From: Myxococcota bacterium
Lineage (GTDB): Bacteria > Myxococcota_A > UBA796 > UBA2385
DNA length: 53,385 nt
Reading direction: 5' to 3'
Assembly: GCA_044344255.1 (NCBI GenBank)
Contig: JBIJDH010000038.1
Span: forward strand, 1 to 53,385
The notes beneath the pieces were generated by a model that was given only the letters and a program-made list of their open reading frames with translations, was not told the origin of the DNA and searched no databases. Each line of letters starts with the position of its first letter. Position 1 is the stretch's first letter. This document shows positions 36,501-43,782 of this stretch, piece by piece. A program made the translations under genes and the position numbers.

Positions 36501-36882
36501 CGAGGATGGCCTTGATCCCCGGCTTCCCCGCGTGCGCCAAGGCGTGCGCGAGGATCGGGTAGAGGAAGCTCTCAGTCTTGCCCGAGCCCGTGCCGGTGGC
36601 GACGAGCGTACTGCGCTTCTGCCCCCCCCCGAGCCGGTTGAACGCCAGCTCCTGGTGAAGGTGCGGCGTGAACGGGAGCGGGACGTCGGGGAAGTAGTCG
36701 GGGCGGCTGCCCTTTCGGAACGGCAGCCCGAGCTGCACATACGGGCCCTTCATTACCTCGCCAGGGGCCGCCAGCAGGTCGTCGATGACGTTGGCGAAGG
36801 CCGGGGTGGTCGAGGCGAAGCTGGCGCGTAGGAAGTCGCCGAGGCCGCGCTGGAGTTGGCCGACGAGGGCGGCGGGGATCAT
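30511..36882 (-). CDS. Large DEAD/DEAH SF2 helicase with DUF1998 and a C-terminal nuclease-like domain (YprA/DrmAB/DruE-related)
   Basis: TGTGSGKTE, YPMNALA.DQ, VDELH, TSATL, TLEMGIDIG, YLQRVGRAGR. YDTVPGGTG and C.C...DGCYQC (DUF1998), then IDF...IFLDGWAFH. Start placed at MIPAAL (36882). Confidence 0.9.
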   Translation of the reverse strand: MIPAALVGQLQRGLGDFLRASFASTTPAFANVIDDLLAAPGEVMKGPYVQLGLPFRKGSRPDYFPDVPLPFTPHLHQELAFNRLGGGQKRSTLVATGTGSGKTESFLYPILAHALAHAGKPGIKAILVYPMNALASDQALRLAKLIHGNDKLRGGVTAGLYVGEDDGEGRKAHGTMGPDHIITDRKRLQKEPPDILLTNYKMLDYLLIRPRDRQLWQDSAGGSLRFLVVDELHTFDGAQGTDLACLIRRLKDRLRVRPGQLCCVGTSATLGSEASGDTLRQYAERVFSETFDADSVITETRLDVDEFFLGEKPTFWTPLDVEDASRLDPASYSDHDAFVVQQAAWWLDGLPPPDGTPGPGWHVELAMGLLRHGLLSTILDQLAAGPQTVDALVERLGGRLANTDDPAVRRAALLSFLALVSAARQWREELPAAFEKRELAGEARPTEAFLQVRIQLWQREMRRMVASVEDRPRLRYSDDLTPTQLDSHLPVIHCRECGVMGWGALVGRDKPWRYRVELQQFYRAFFANDARIHFLFPCAHEEDARINGIRRRFDKETLTLVSRGQDIDEARVLELADVVQTRPNRRNRPELNRDCPFCGFPRSLSLLGFQAASLTSVFIDQLFASPFNDDKKLLTFSDSVQDAAHRAGFFGARTWRFNLRIAIQRVVDEVGEGLPLPALAGRVREWWRSTGGFDEDAFIATFIAPDMLWLRDYERLREEGRLPNGSLLPQLIFRRLTWEVYAEYGLHARVGRSLARTRCSTAHVDAARLDAVVDQLLESVRNEIAGLRGLMREDLRRVLSGFLHHMQERGGILHNELPKPFWETESDFTFKNERCLPDGGRRPALLTNRPAGRHFDRLLGSNTKPTWYERWCEGNMREVAPLTGQAADLVRMVLAGLVSGGLVEERLASQNFKVWGLRPEVLRVTARVDAVRCDRCGHVAAVAAESTAGWVGSPCLSAQCAGRMAARPDSEPDYFARLYRSGNVARIFAEEHTGLLSRAKREDLEGRFKAAEKDRKPWFPNLLSSTPTLEMGIDIGDLSSAVLCSVPPAQANYLQRVGRAGRRDGNALVLTIANARNHDLYFYGEPEQMIAGAVAPPGVFLDATAVLERQLAAFCFDRWAATSPTEDALPREMRPVFGALENPAALKFPHNWSEYVRSHEHELVDDFLSMFAGSVEPPTADVLRRSMRSEADGETLVAHRVLEAFAAEKKAVDELRKKVRRLVDLIKELTAKPVKDEKDKEDLKELAREKAATQRLVSELDKRDPLGFLTDEGLLPNYAFPEAPIRLRSIIWRKKTTVQGDDGEIETLAYEYERPSAAALSELAPDNEFYASGRKVKIDQVDVSDLEPGPWRFCNECSHTEIDQAGQPPAPGCPACGSPLWPDPDQKHEVLKLRAVFANTNDRASRLTDDRDAREPTYYTRQTLLRFHDTPSRDAWKLDNDDIPFAFEFLPKATFRDVNFGKATSDGAATTIAGQKDVRRGFEVCKRCGKVQDGSGTPRHTFTCPARNAANMPVVECVYLYREFESEALRFLLPIPSFNTDRDLHSFTAATQVGLRARFEGRVDHLRTMVMSEPVPNTPLRKQFLVIYDTVPGGTGYLKNLLRVDPTLKTPEGVRDVLQLARERLVKCTCATDPNRDGCYQCIYLYRHSNEMPETSRSAAIVLLTRILDHWMPIVRVKSIGDVRVDGLLGSVLEARFLEALRRSGGDSVTSTVVKALVFGKPGWRWTIGDRSWNIEPQREHSKTEGFGVFVSIDFLLHPTTVANGERPVAIFLDGWAFHKGQIGMDMLRRMSVQTSGKYDVWSFTWEDIAAALDEAGTGKMEPVHMIFRDDGPLGKMLDALKVPHTVRSRLGETTWRWFIETMSGAYAHVDAHRLAWTTIFSQLVPLVNVAAWADALAPLPGEPRAWIEPSGAKHLALHWPADEDRRADVLIYGDASIAKADIEGFGKAASRAIRLVVVLHDDLDAAYEPRVHRTWAGLLRLANFLRPMRHTWFLGRRGMDALDYSKLAAMRDAGIDADSAGGWADLLGEVDPAARELLTALAAAGIPRPEVGVDLPDEIGRALDAVAELAWPEARVAVVIDLPDGVVGRLAARWRVFNLEDVVGNVPLLVAAIRQFHGEEGR

Positions 36883-36901
36883 GGCCGAGACTCGTGCATC
36901 A

Positions 36902-37612
36902 TCAACACCACGTGCGGATTTCCAGGTGAGCCGCGACCGCGGCGACGCACCGAGGATCAAGGTACCCGTGGGGATCTCCTGCATCAGCCCAGTAGATGAT
37001 CCAGTCGAGCACCCCCGGGTGCGACTCAGCTACCGCGATCTCGCGGAGGAACTGGCACAGCGCGTGATCGCCCGCCCCCGCCGCTGTTTCGTAGGCGATG
37101 ACCGCCGCTTGGAAGACACGAAATGACTTTTTCCGGTACTCCGGCAGCTTTCCACGCCCCCAAGCGTAGATGGTTGCGGACGCTGTGCCCCGCGGGGCCG
37201 CAGGTACATACTCGCCGGATGTGGGATCGAAATCAAGATGGTGCCAAGGCCGGTATGTGGGATCGCTCGGGTTGAGGAGGTCGGGCGTGAAGCTATCCAC
37301 CTTTGCGGCCTGACAACGGCCGCATGCGAGAACCAGATTGTCCCACTCGAAGCAGAGGAGCGGCTCGATCGACTTCGGGTTGAAGTGGTCGACCGTGCCT
37401 GCCTCGCTGTATTCGCAGTACATGCACCGATCGTGACCGCGGTTCATCGCGATGAGCTCGCGCATCAGTCGCACCTTGCCCGCGTTTGGCCAGTTCGTGT
37501 CGGCCGCTCTACGCCGCGTGCCATGCGTACGTCTCCGCGCGATGCGCTGGGTCTGGGAAGCCAGCTGATTGCCGAGGGCGGTGCTCGGCGGGGGACGGAA
37601 CACGTACCTCAT
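36902..37612 (-). CDS. HNH endonuclease (Septu PtuB-like)
   Basis: RCMYCE...VDHFNPKS...FEWDNLVLACGRCQ..K...LLNP. ATGA-coupled to the ATPase gene. Confidence 0.85.
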   Translation of the reverse strand: MRYVFRPPPSTALGNQLASQTQRIARRRTHGTRRRAADTNWPNAGKVRLMRELIAMNRGHDRCMYCEYSEAGTVDHFNPKSIEPLLCFEWDNLVLACGRCQAAKVDSFTPDLLNPSDPTYRPWHHLDFDPTSGEYVPAAPRGTASATIYAWGRGKLPEYRKKSFRVFQAAVIAYETAAGAGDHALCQFLREIAVAESHPGVLDWIIYWADAGDPHGYLDPRCVAAVAAHLEIRTWC

Positions 37613-38985
37613 TTCTTGAGGAGCCCCCGAACCAGTGTGTCAATCTCGTAGTTTGGATCTTGGGGCATCTCGCGAGCGAGCCTGCGGTGCTCCTGCTCGT
37701 CCGCCGCGCTTAGCGCCCTGCGGCGCCGGCTCACCTCCAGCTCTGCGAACCGTCGACGGCGCATTACGCTCTCTTGGGACTGGGCATGCTCCATTCCGAA
37801 AAGCGCCGAGACAACCGCATCGTCCAGCGTTCCGTTCGCGACGTTCGCCCACGTCTCGGCGTCTGCCGGGGCGAACTTCTTAAGGGAGGGCATCCGAAAC
37901 AGGCCACCTGGGTCGGCTGCTTGACAGATGAAGGGACTGTGGGTCGTGACGATGAACTGAATGTTCGGAAAGTGGCGCTTGAGCCAGAACCCGAGCCGCT
38001 GCTGGAGCTCAGGATGCAGGTGCATTTCGGGCTCGTCGATCACGACCGTTCCCGAGATTGTGACGCCGACGTCAGCGTCCGGAGAGGGCTCCCAAGTCAG
38101 GATGTCGTGCAGGAGGAACCCGGGCTTGAACTGCTCGATGCGCTGCAGGAGGTCGAGGACTAGCGCTAGAACTGCGTGATTTCCATCACCGAGAAGACGA
38201 GTCACCTGCCAGCCACCATTCCACTGAACTTCGAGCCCCTCGCTCTCGACACGCATTGGGGTCTGTGTGTCGGCGACAAGCAAACCATGCCCGAGTAGCC
38301 GCAGCAGTCCGTCGCGAAGCTCAACCGCATGGGCGTTGCTCCGAGAGGCGTTCAGCTCCATCCCCATCAACCAAATGCTCGCCGTTTCCAGCGCCGCGTC
38401 CTCACGAAACAGAGTGACGACCGCCGCGGTCCGCGGAGCGCCCTTGAACAACTCCGCCGCGTCCGGAGACGACCGACGGTTTCCGCGGCTCGCTCCGTAG
38501 GCCGCAAAGAGCCATCCGTCGGGCCTTGTGCCGTACGACGAGGCATTCCAGAAGTGTCGAATGACGAAGCTATGATCCCCGTCGGGCGGAAGGGTCCTGG
38601 GCCCCGACGAGGGATCCCGCGTCCACTCGACGCGAAGGGGGACCGGTTCGAGCCGCCGCTCGCGGCGCGGGAGGTCGTCGTCCACTCCCGCCTCCACCCA
38701 GGCGCAAGTCGACCCCGCGTCGGTGTGGGACGGCTCGCCTCGCCCTCGGTGGATCCAGTCCATGCGATCGACCGGCCGCAGGAGCCACGCCATCCCCGAT
38801 CCCCCGAGCAGGGCTGCTGCCATGCCCTGGAGGAAGGTCGACTTTCCGGACCCGTTCGGTCCTGCCACGACGTTCCACCCGGCCATCGTCCCCCGCTCGC
38901 CAATCGGCTGCTTCGCCAGGTCAAAGGTCAGCCCCTTCGGACCGATGCCGCGGATGTTCTTGAGCTCGACTTTGCTTATGTACAT
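37609..38985 (-). CDS. ABC/AAA-type ATPase (Septu PtuA-like)
   Basis: L.NIRGI, GPNGSGKST, VVIDEPEMHLHPELQ, FPNIQFIVTTHSPFI. Confidence 0.88.
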   Translation of the reverse strand: MYISKVELKNIRGIGPKGLTFDLAKQPIGERGTMAGWNVVAGPNGSGKSTFLQGMAAALLGGSGMAWLLRPVDRMDWIHRGRGEPSHTDAGSTCAWVEAGVDDDLPRRERRLEPVPLRVEWTRDPSSGPRTLPPDGDHSFVIRHFWNASSYGTRPDGWLFAAYGASRGNRRSSPDAAELFKGAPRTAAVVTLFREDAALETASIWLMGMELNASRSNAHAVELRDGLLRLLGHGLLVADTQTPMRVESEGLEVQWNGGWQVTRLLGDGNHAVLALVLDLLQRIEQFKPGFLLHDILTWEPSPDADVGVTISGTVVIDEPEMHLHPELQQRLGFWLKRHFPNIQFIVTTHSPFICQAADPGGLFRMPSLKKFAPADAETWANVANGTLDDAVVSALFGMEHAQSQESVMRRRRFAELEVSRRRRALSAADEQEHRRLAREMPQDPNYEIDTLVRGLLKK

Positions 38986-38988
38986 GGT

Positions 38989-41900
38989 CTATCTCCTATC
39001 CCCGAAACGCGCCCCGAAGTGCGCCCACGCCTGCCGGTAGTCGGCTTCGCGGTCGCACCGCACCCACGGGGCCTCGTAGACGATCACCCGGTCTTGGAGA
39101 CCCCCGGGGAGGGTGTCGTCCTTGATGGGGCGGTGGATCGAGCCGGTGATCATCCCGGACACCTCGTCCCAGCCGGGGACCGAGTCGCCCTTGGCGCGTT
39201 TGCGCTTGAGACCCACGCCGACGAGGCCGCGGCTGTTGGTGAAGACGATACGGCCATTGCGGTCGTAGAAGGTCTCCTTCTCGTAGGAGCGCATGACGGG
39301 GAACTGCGCGCGGTAGAGCGTGATGAGCTGGTCGAGGGTGATGCCGAGGCCCATCGAGACCAGCACGTCGATCTCGACGAGTGCCTGACGGCGCGCATAG
39401 TCGGTGCGGAGGGCGCAATTCCGCTGCCAGTCCAGCGTGAGCTTCCCGAAGAAGTCGGGTTGGAGGCGGTCGTCGGTCTTGGTCCATTCGTCGGCGCAGA
39501 ACGCGTCGTCCCAGCACTCGCGCCAGAGGGGGGCGTAGTGGGTGGTGAGGCAATTAAGGGCGAGGGTGCGGGCTAGGATCTCGCTCCGTGGACTCGCCAG
39601 CACCGGCAGTCGCTTCGCCAAGCTCGGTCGAAGCTTGTCAGTCCCAGTAGACTTCACCAAGAAATCGAGCGGAATCGAGTGCCAAGTCGCCGCTATCGCC
39701 GCGATCTCCCGCCCCATCGGAAGCGTGTAGCTGTTTGCGACATCGACATGCGCGAACCCGGGCGGGATTATCGCGCTTTGAAGGGTTCGTTCTCCGTCAG
39801 GATTTACCATCGCGCTGATGATTACCCGAAAGTAATCCATTGCTTTGTTCGGCAGCTCGGGGGGAGACCACGGCGCGGACGGGGACCTGCGCAAGTACTC
39901 GCCGGGCGAGCACGCCCGAATAAAATTCGTTCGCGGAAGGTAGTCGTCTTCAATTATGGAAGCGTCGATCACATCATAGTGACTACTCTTGGCACACTCC
40001 CGTCGCGGAGTCTTGTAGAGGGGATTGGCGACGTTAAAGTGCGGCCCGGAGAGCACGACCTCGGCGGGAATCGTGGGATATTGGGTCGATTGCTTGATCG
40101 TTCCAGCGGATTGGGCGCGCGATTCGTGCCAGAACTCATGCGGGTGTACATTCGGAAAGATTGCCGAGAGGGATCGCGAACCGTCGCGGAACCGATTCAA
40201 CACGGGGATGAGCTGCCGCGCATGGAGGGCGGGCAGACGGGCTTGGTCTGCGGGGGTACCCTCATCGTCGTAGACATCCGCGAACAACTGCAGCTCAGCG
40301 CGCGTTACCTCGATGATCCGCGCCAAGTGCCCGGCGGTTTCCCAAAGGCCAGCGTCGGTCCTGACCCCAGGAGTTGCGCCGTGACCGAGGTGTTTGTGAC
40401 AGGCGTCGACCGTGGCTGCGGCGTACAAGTTTGCGATAGCGACAAACCTCGGTTCCGACTTCGCGACCGAATACACGTTTGCGCTGAAACGGGTTTGGTG
40501 ATGAACTCCCTTGAAGGCCCACTCTTCTTCGTTTTGAAACTGGTAGTGACGACGTAGCCGGGAGTAGGCCGCCCGACGCAGAACGCCGCCTCCGGGCTCG
40601 TCGAACACTGTTTCGGGGTGCAGGAAGCCTGCGGCTCCGCCCGCTCGGGCGGCCCGCCAAGCCTGAGGCAGGAAGTTCTTAAAGAGGTTCGGCTGACTGC
40701 CCGCAAGCTCGGGAAAGTTCAGCGTTGACCCAAGAAACGCCTGCATCCCGGCTGCGGCCCCGTGTTCACCCAACCATTGGGGGCGGTTTCCAAATCGCTC
40801 GAAGGTTGCTGAGCGTCGAAGTGCCGACTCCGCAGCGTCGAGCTTCCTCAAAACGAACATGGGGTCTGCTTCACCCAGCACTCCGGCCTCGCTCCACTCA
40901 ACCTTCACCCACGGCGGATTCCCCAACACCAGGTCAAACCCACCCCGATCCGCATAGACATCCGCGAATTCCAGCTCCCAGTGCAGGAATCGGTACCCCC
41001 CCGCCAGCTCGTCCACCAGTCTCAAACGATCGTACTTGCCGATCAGCTCCCGTACATTCACGACGCCCAACTCCAGCGCGAGCTGCTTCGCCACCTCTTT
41101 GGCTTGCGTTGGGGCGAACATCGGCATGATCTCGCCGATTCCCGGGAGCGACATCAAGTCCGCCCCGAGGATCAGCGACAGATCCAGGAAGAACTGCGCC
41201 CGCGACGGCAAGAGGTCGGCCTTCTCGATGGGCCAAAACCAGAGCGCGCACCAGTAGTCCATCGCAAGCTTCAACCGACGATACGGGCTCGACGCCTTCA
41301 CGCCTTCCGAGTCAATCTCGCCCTTCCAGATGCGGTCCTTCTCAGCGGTTGTGGTGACCGCCGGAGTCTCGTCAGGCATCGCCTCGGGGTACACCGACAA
41401 CGGGTCCGCCGTCCTGTTTCGAACATTCCGCAGCAGGGTCACATGCGCGGACCAGAGGCGGTCCACCGCGGAGGAGAGCGTGAGCAGGTCCTCGCGGTCG
41501 CCTCCGTCGAGCTGCTCCATGAACTCGGTCTTCCAGGCCTTGATCGCCTTGAGCTGCGGACCGCACAGGTCCTTGACCGGCTGCCCCTCTTTGCCGCCGG
41601 CGTAGTCGCACATGCCAGCGTCGGGGAGCAGGAAGTGCCACACCCCGTCGTCCGGCCGCGCCGCGCCCACCGCGACGCGCTCCGGGGTGTCCGTCACCCA
41701 GGGCTTCGGCTTGTCCCTCTCGCCGATCGGCGGCACCCGGAAGACGTTGCGCCGCCCGCCCACCAACGAGTTGCCGTTCACGAGCTGCATCCCGAACCAG
41801 GGCACGAACGCCCCGTCGTAGATGCTGTTCAGCCACAAGGATACTTCGGCCAGCTCGATGGCCACCGGGTTCAGGTCGATCCCGAACACGTTATTGTCGG

Positions 41901-43782
41901 CGATGTACATCTTCACGCGCTGCTTCTCGCGCGTGTACTGTTCGTGCTTGATGCGTCGCCCCGGGCCCAGCTCCCGCTGTTTGCGCAGGAGGTACTGCTC
42001 GGCGAGCTGGTCCACCGCCTCGTTGAGGAAGGCGGCGCTCCCGGCGGCGGGCTCGATCACCTTGAGCTGGAGGATCTCGTCGGGGGTCACCTTTGGCTTC
42101 CCCTCCTCGTCATCGAGCAGCTCCTTGAGCGAGTACTTCACTACGGTCTGCGTGAGGGAGTGCGGGGTGTAGAACGAAGCCGACTTTTCGCGGTCCCGGC
42201 CCGACATCCGGTAGATGAAGGTGCCTTTCTCGTACTTCTGGAAGCTCCCGTCCGAACGCTTCACCCGCTCGTCGTCGGTGTAGTCCTCCAACGCGGAATA
42301 GGTCACGAAGAACGCGGGGTCGAGTACGCTCAACGCCGGCAGCTTCCCATCCTTCTTCTCGCCGTTGCGCACCTCGTAGAGGTCCTGCTCGGCAAAGAAC
42401 CCGCGGAATGAAAGCAGCGCCTCGTACACCGCCCCGAGCTGGTTGATCCCGAGGGTGGCATAGGACACACGGCGGGGGGAGCCCGAACCGCCCTCGTCGC
42501 GTCCCCGCGACATCGAAAGGCGGTAGAGCACCCGGCCGAGGACGTGGTTCGGGAATCGGACGCGGTTGAGAAGGGAGGTCCGCTCGGGGTCGAACAGGTG
42601 CGACTTCAGCGGGCGCAGGCGAAAGGTGTCGTGCATCGACTCGCCGGCGCCGAGCAGGCCGCGCTGGCGAGGATCGACGCCCTCGAAGATCATCCGGAAG
42701 AGCAAGGAGATGCTCTCGTGCAGGTGGTGGCCGTCCTGCGCCTCGGCACCGTCCCAGCCCACTTTCGTCGCCAGGTCTCGCAGGCGCTCCAGGCTGTACC
42801 CCTTCGCGTAGGCCTCGCTGCCCATCGGCGCATACCCGAGCTCCGGGCGGGCTTCGAGGAACAGGATGAAGAGCAACCGGTACATGTACCGGAGGCATTC
42901 CATCCCGAGCTTCTCGGCCATGCCCGCGTCGTAGATGCGGACGTGCTTGTCACGAAGATCGGTGACCACCGCGTTTCCGAGCAGCTCGATGCACTCCCTG
43001 AGCGTGTACTTGAGGTCCTCCGACACCTCAAAAGCGTGCTTGTGGGAGTTCTCGTCGAGGCGATCAACCAAGGGCGCCCCGGCCTCCGGCGCGAGAGACT
43101 CCCGGTGAAGGAGCGCCGCCGTGATGTCGACCTCCGGACCGGCACGCGACAGGATCTCACCAAGGTCGAAGCGCATGAGCCGCTGCTCGGCCCACTTGCC
43201 CCGTTCGAGTAGGAGAAGGTCGGTCTGCCCGGCGAGCACCAGGAAGCGCGGCGGGTCGGCGCGATCGAAAGCCGCCACGGCGATGGCTTCGAGCGCGCCA
43301 GAGGGAACATGCCAGTCCTCGTCGTCCACCCCCGCGGCTCGTGGCGTTGCTTCGAGCAGCTCTGGGAGGACCGGCGACATCAGTGTGCTCGCTTCGGAGT
43401 CCCGCGACCGGGTCACCGCGATCCACCACGCGATGGGGGTCCCGTCCGCCCGAGTCGCTTCGGCCAACACGGGGAGCTGGCCGCCTGTCACCGGATGCGC
43501 CGATGGCTTCGCCTGCCACCCAAGCGCGGTCGCCACGCGGGCCACGAAGTTCACGTGCTCCGACACGCGCTCCGCGGGGTCGGAGACGCGCTCCAGTCGT
43601 TCCTTCAGCTTGGAGAGCGCCCGCCCCAACGCCTTGAGCGCGGAGGGCGGCGCGGCCTCGTCACCCGCGCGCTCCCGCCACCCTGCGAGCACCGGCTTGA
43701 GGTCATTCGCGAGGATCGCCGACAGGTAGTGGTCGGCGTAGAACTCGTTGACGTTCTCGATGCCGAGCAGGGGGGTGCTCAT
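38989..43782 (-). CDS. Large type IIG / Eco57I-like amino-methyltransferase (DrmMI-like) with target-recognition domain
   Basis: QLGAVYEALL, REKSASFYTP, IEPAAGSAAFL (motif I), GIDLNPVAIELA.VSLWL, GNSLVG, GFDLVLGNPPW (motif IV). Confidence 0.9.
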   Translation of the reverse strand: MSTPLLGIENVNEFYADHYLSAILANDLKPVLAGWRERAGDEAAPPSALKALGRALSKLKERLERVSDPAERVSEHVNFVARVATALGWQAKPSAHPVTGGQLPVLAEATRADGTPIAWWIAVTRSRDSEASTLMSPVLPELLEATPRAAGVDDEDWHVPSGALEAIAVAAFDRADPPRFLVLAGQTDLLLLERGKWAEQRLMRFDLGEILSRAGPEVDITAALLHRESLAPEAGAPLVDRLDENSHKHAFEVSEDLKYTLRECIELLGNAVVTDLRDKHVRIYDAGMAEKLGMECLRYMYRLLFILFLEARPELGYAPMGSEAYAKGYSLERLRDLATKVGWDGAEAQDGHHLHESISLLFRMIFEGVDPRQRGLLGAGESMHDTFRLRPLKSHLFDPERTSLLNRVRFPNHVLGRVLYRLSMSRGRDEGGSGSPRRVSYATLGINQLGAVYEALLSFRGFFAEQDLYEVRNGEKKDGKLPALSVLDPAFFVTYSALEDYTDDERVKRSDGSFQKYEKGTFIYRMSGRDREKSASFYTPHSLTQTVVKYSLKELLDDEEGKPKVTPDEILQLKVIEPAAGSAAFLNEAVDQLAEQYLLRKQRELGPGRRIKHEQYTREKQRVKMYIADNNVFGIDLNPVAIELAEVSLWLNSIYDGAFVPWFGMQLVNGNSLVGGRRNVFRVPPIGERDKPKPWVTDTPERVAVGAARPDDGVWHFLLPDAGMCDYAGGKEGQPVKDLCGPQLKAIKAWKTEFMEQLDGGDREDLLTLSSAVDRLWSAHVTLLRNVRNRTADPLSVYPEAMPDETPAVTTTAEKDRIWKGEIDSEGVKASSPYRRLKLAMDYWCALWFWPIEKADLLPSRAQFFLDLSLILGADLMSLPGIGEIMPMFAPTQAKEVAKQLALELGVVNVRELIGKYDRLRLVDELAGGYRFLHWELEFADVYADRGGFDLVLGNPPWVKVEWSEAGVLGEADPMFVLRKLDAAESALRRSATFERFGNRPQWLGEHGAAAGMQAFLGSTLNFPELAGSQPNLFKNFLPQAWRAARAGGAAGFLHPETVFDEPGGGVLRRAAYSRLRRHYQFQNEEEWAFKGVHHQTRFSANVYSVAKSEPRFVAIANLYAAATVDACHKHLGHGATPGVRTDAGLWETAGHLARIIEVTRAELQLFADVYDDEGTPADQARLPALHARQLIPVLNRFRDGSRSLSAIFPNVHPHEFWHESRAQSAGTIKQSTQYPTIPAEVVLSGPHFNVANPLYKTPRRECAKSSHYDVIDASIIEDDYLPRTNFIRACSPGEYLRRSPSAPWSPPELPNKAMDYFRVIISAMVNPDGERTLQSAIIPPGFAHVDVANSYTLPMGREIAAIAATWHSIPLDFLVKSTGTDKLRPSLAKRLPVLASPRSEILARTLALNCLTTHYAPLWRECWDDAFCADEWTKTDDRLQPDFFGKLTLDWQRNCALRTDYARRQALVEIDVLVSMGLGITLDQLITLYRAQFPVMRSYEKETFYDRNGRIVFTNSRGLVGVGLKRKRAKGDSVPGWDEVSGMITGSIHRPIKDDTLPGGLQDRVIVYEAPWVRCDREADYRQAWAHFGARFGDRR

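Noticed and set aside
36902..38985. Retron system (PtuAB-type effector)
   Set aside because: No reverse transcriptase gene and no intergenic room for an msr-msd RNA.
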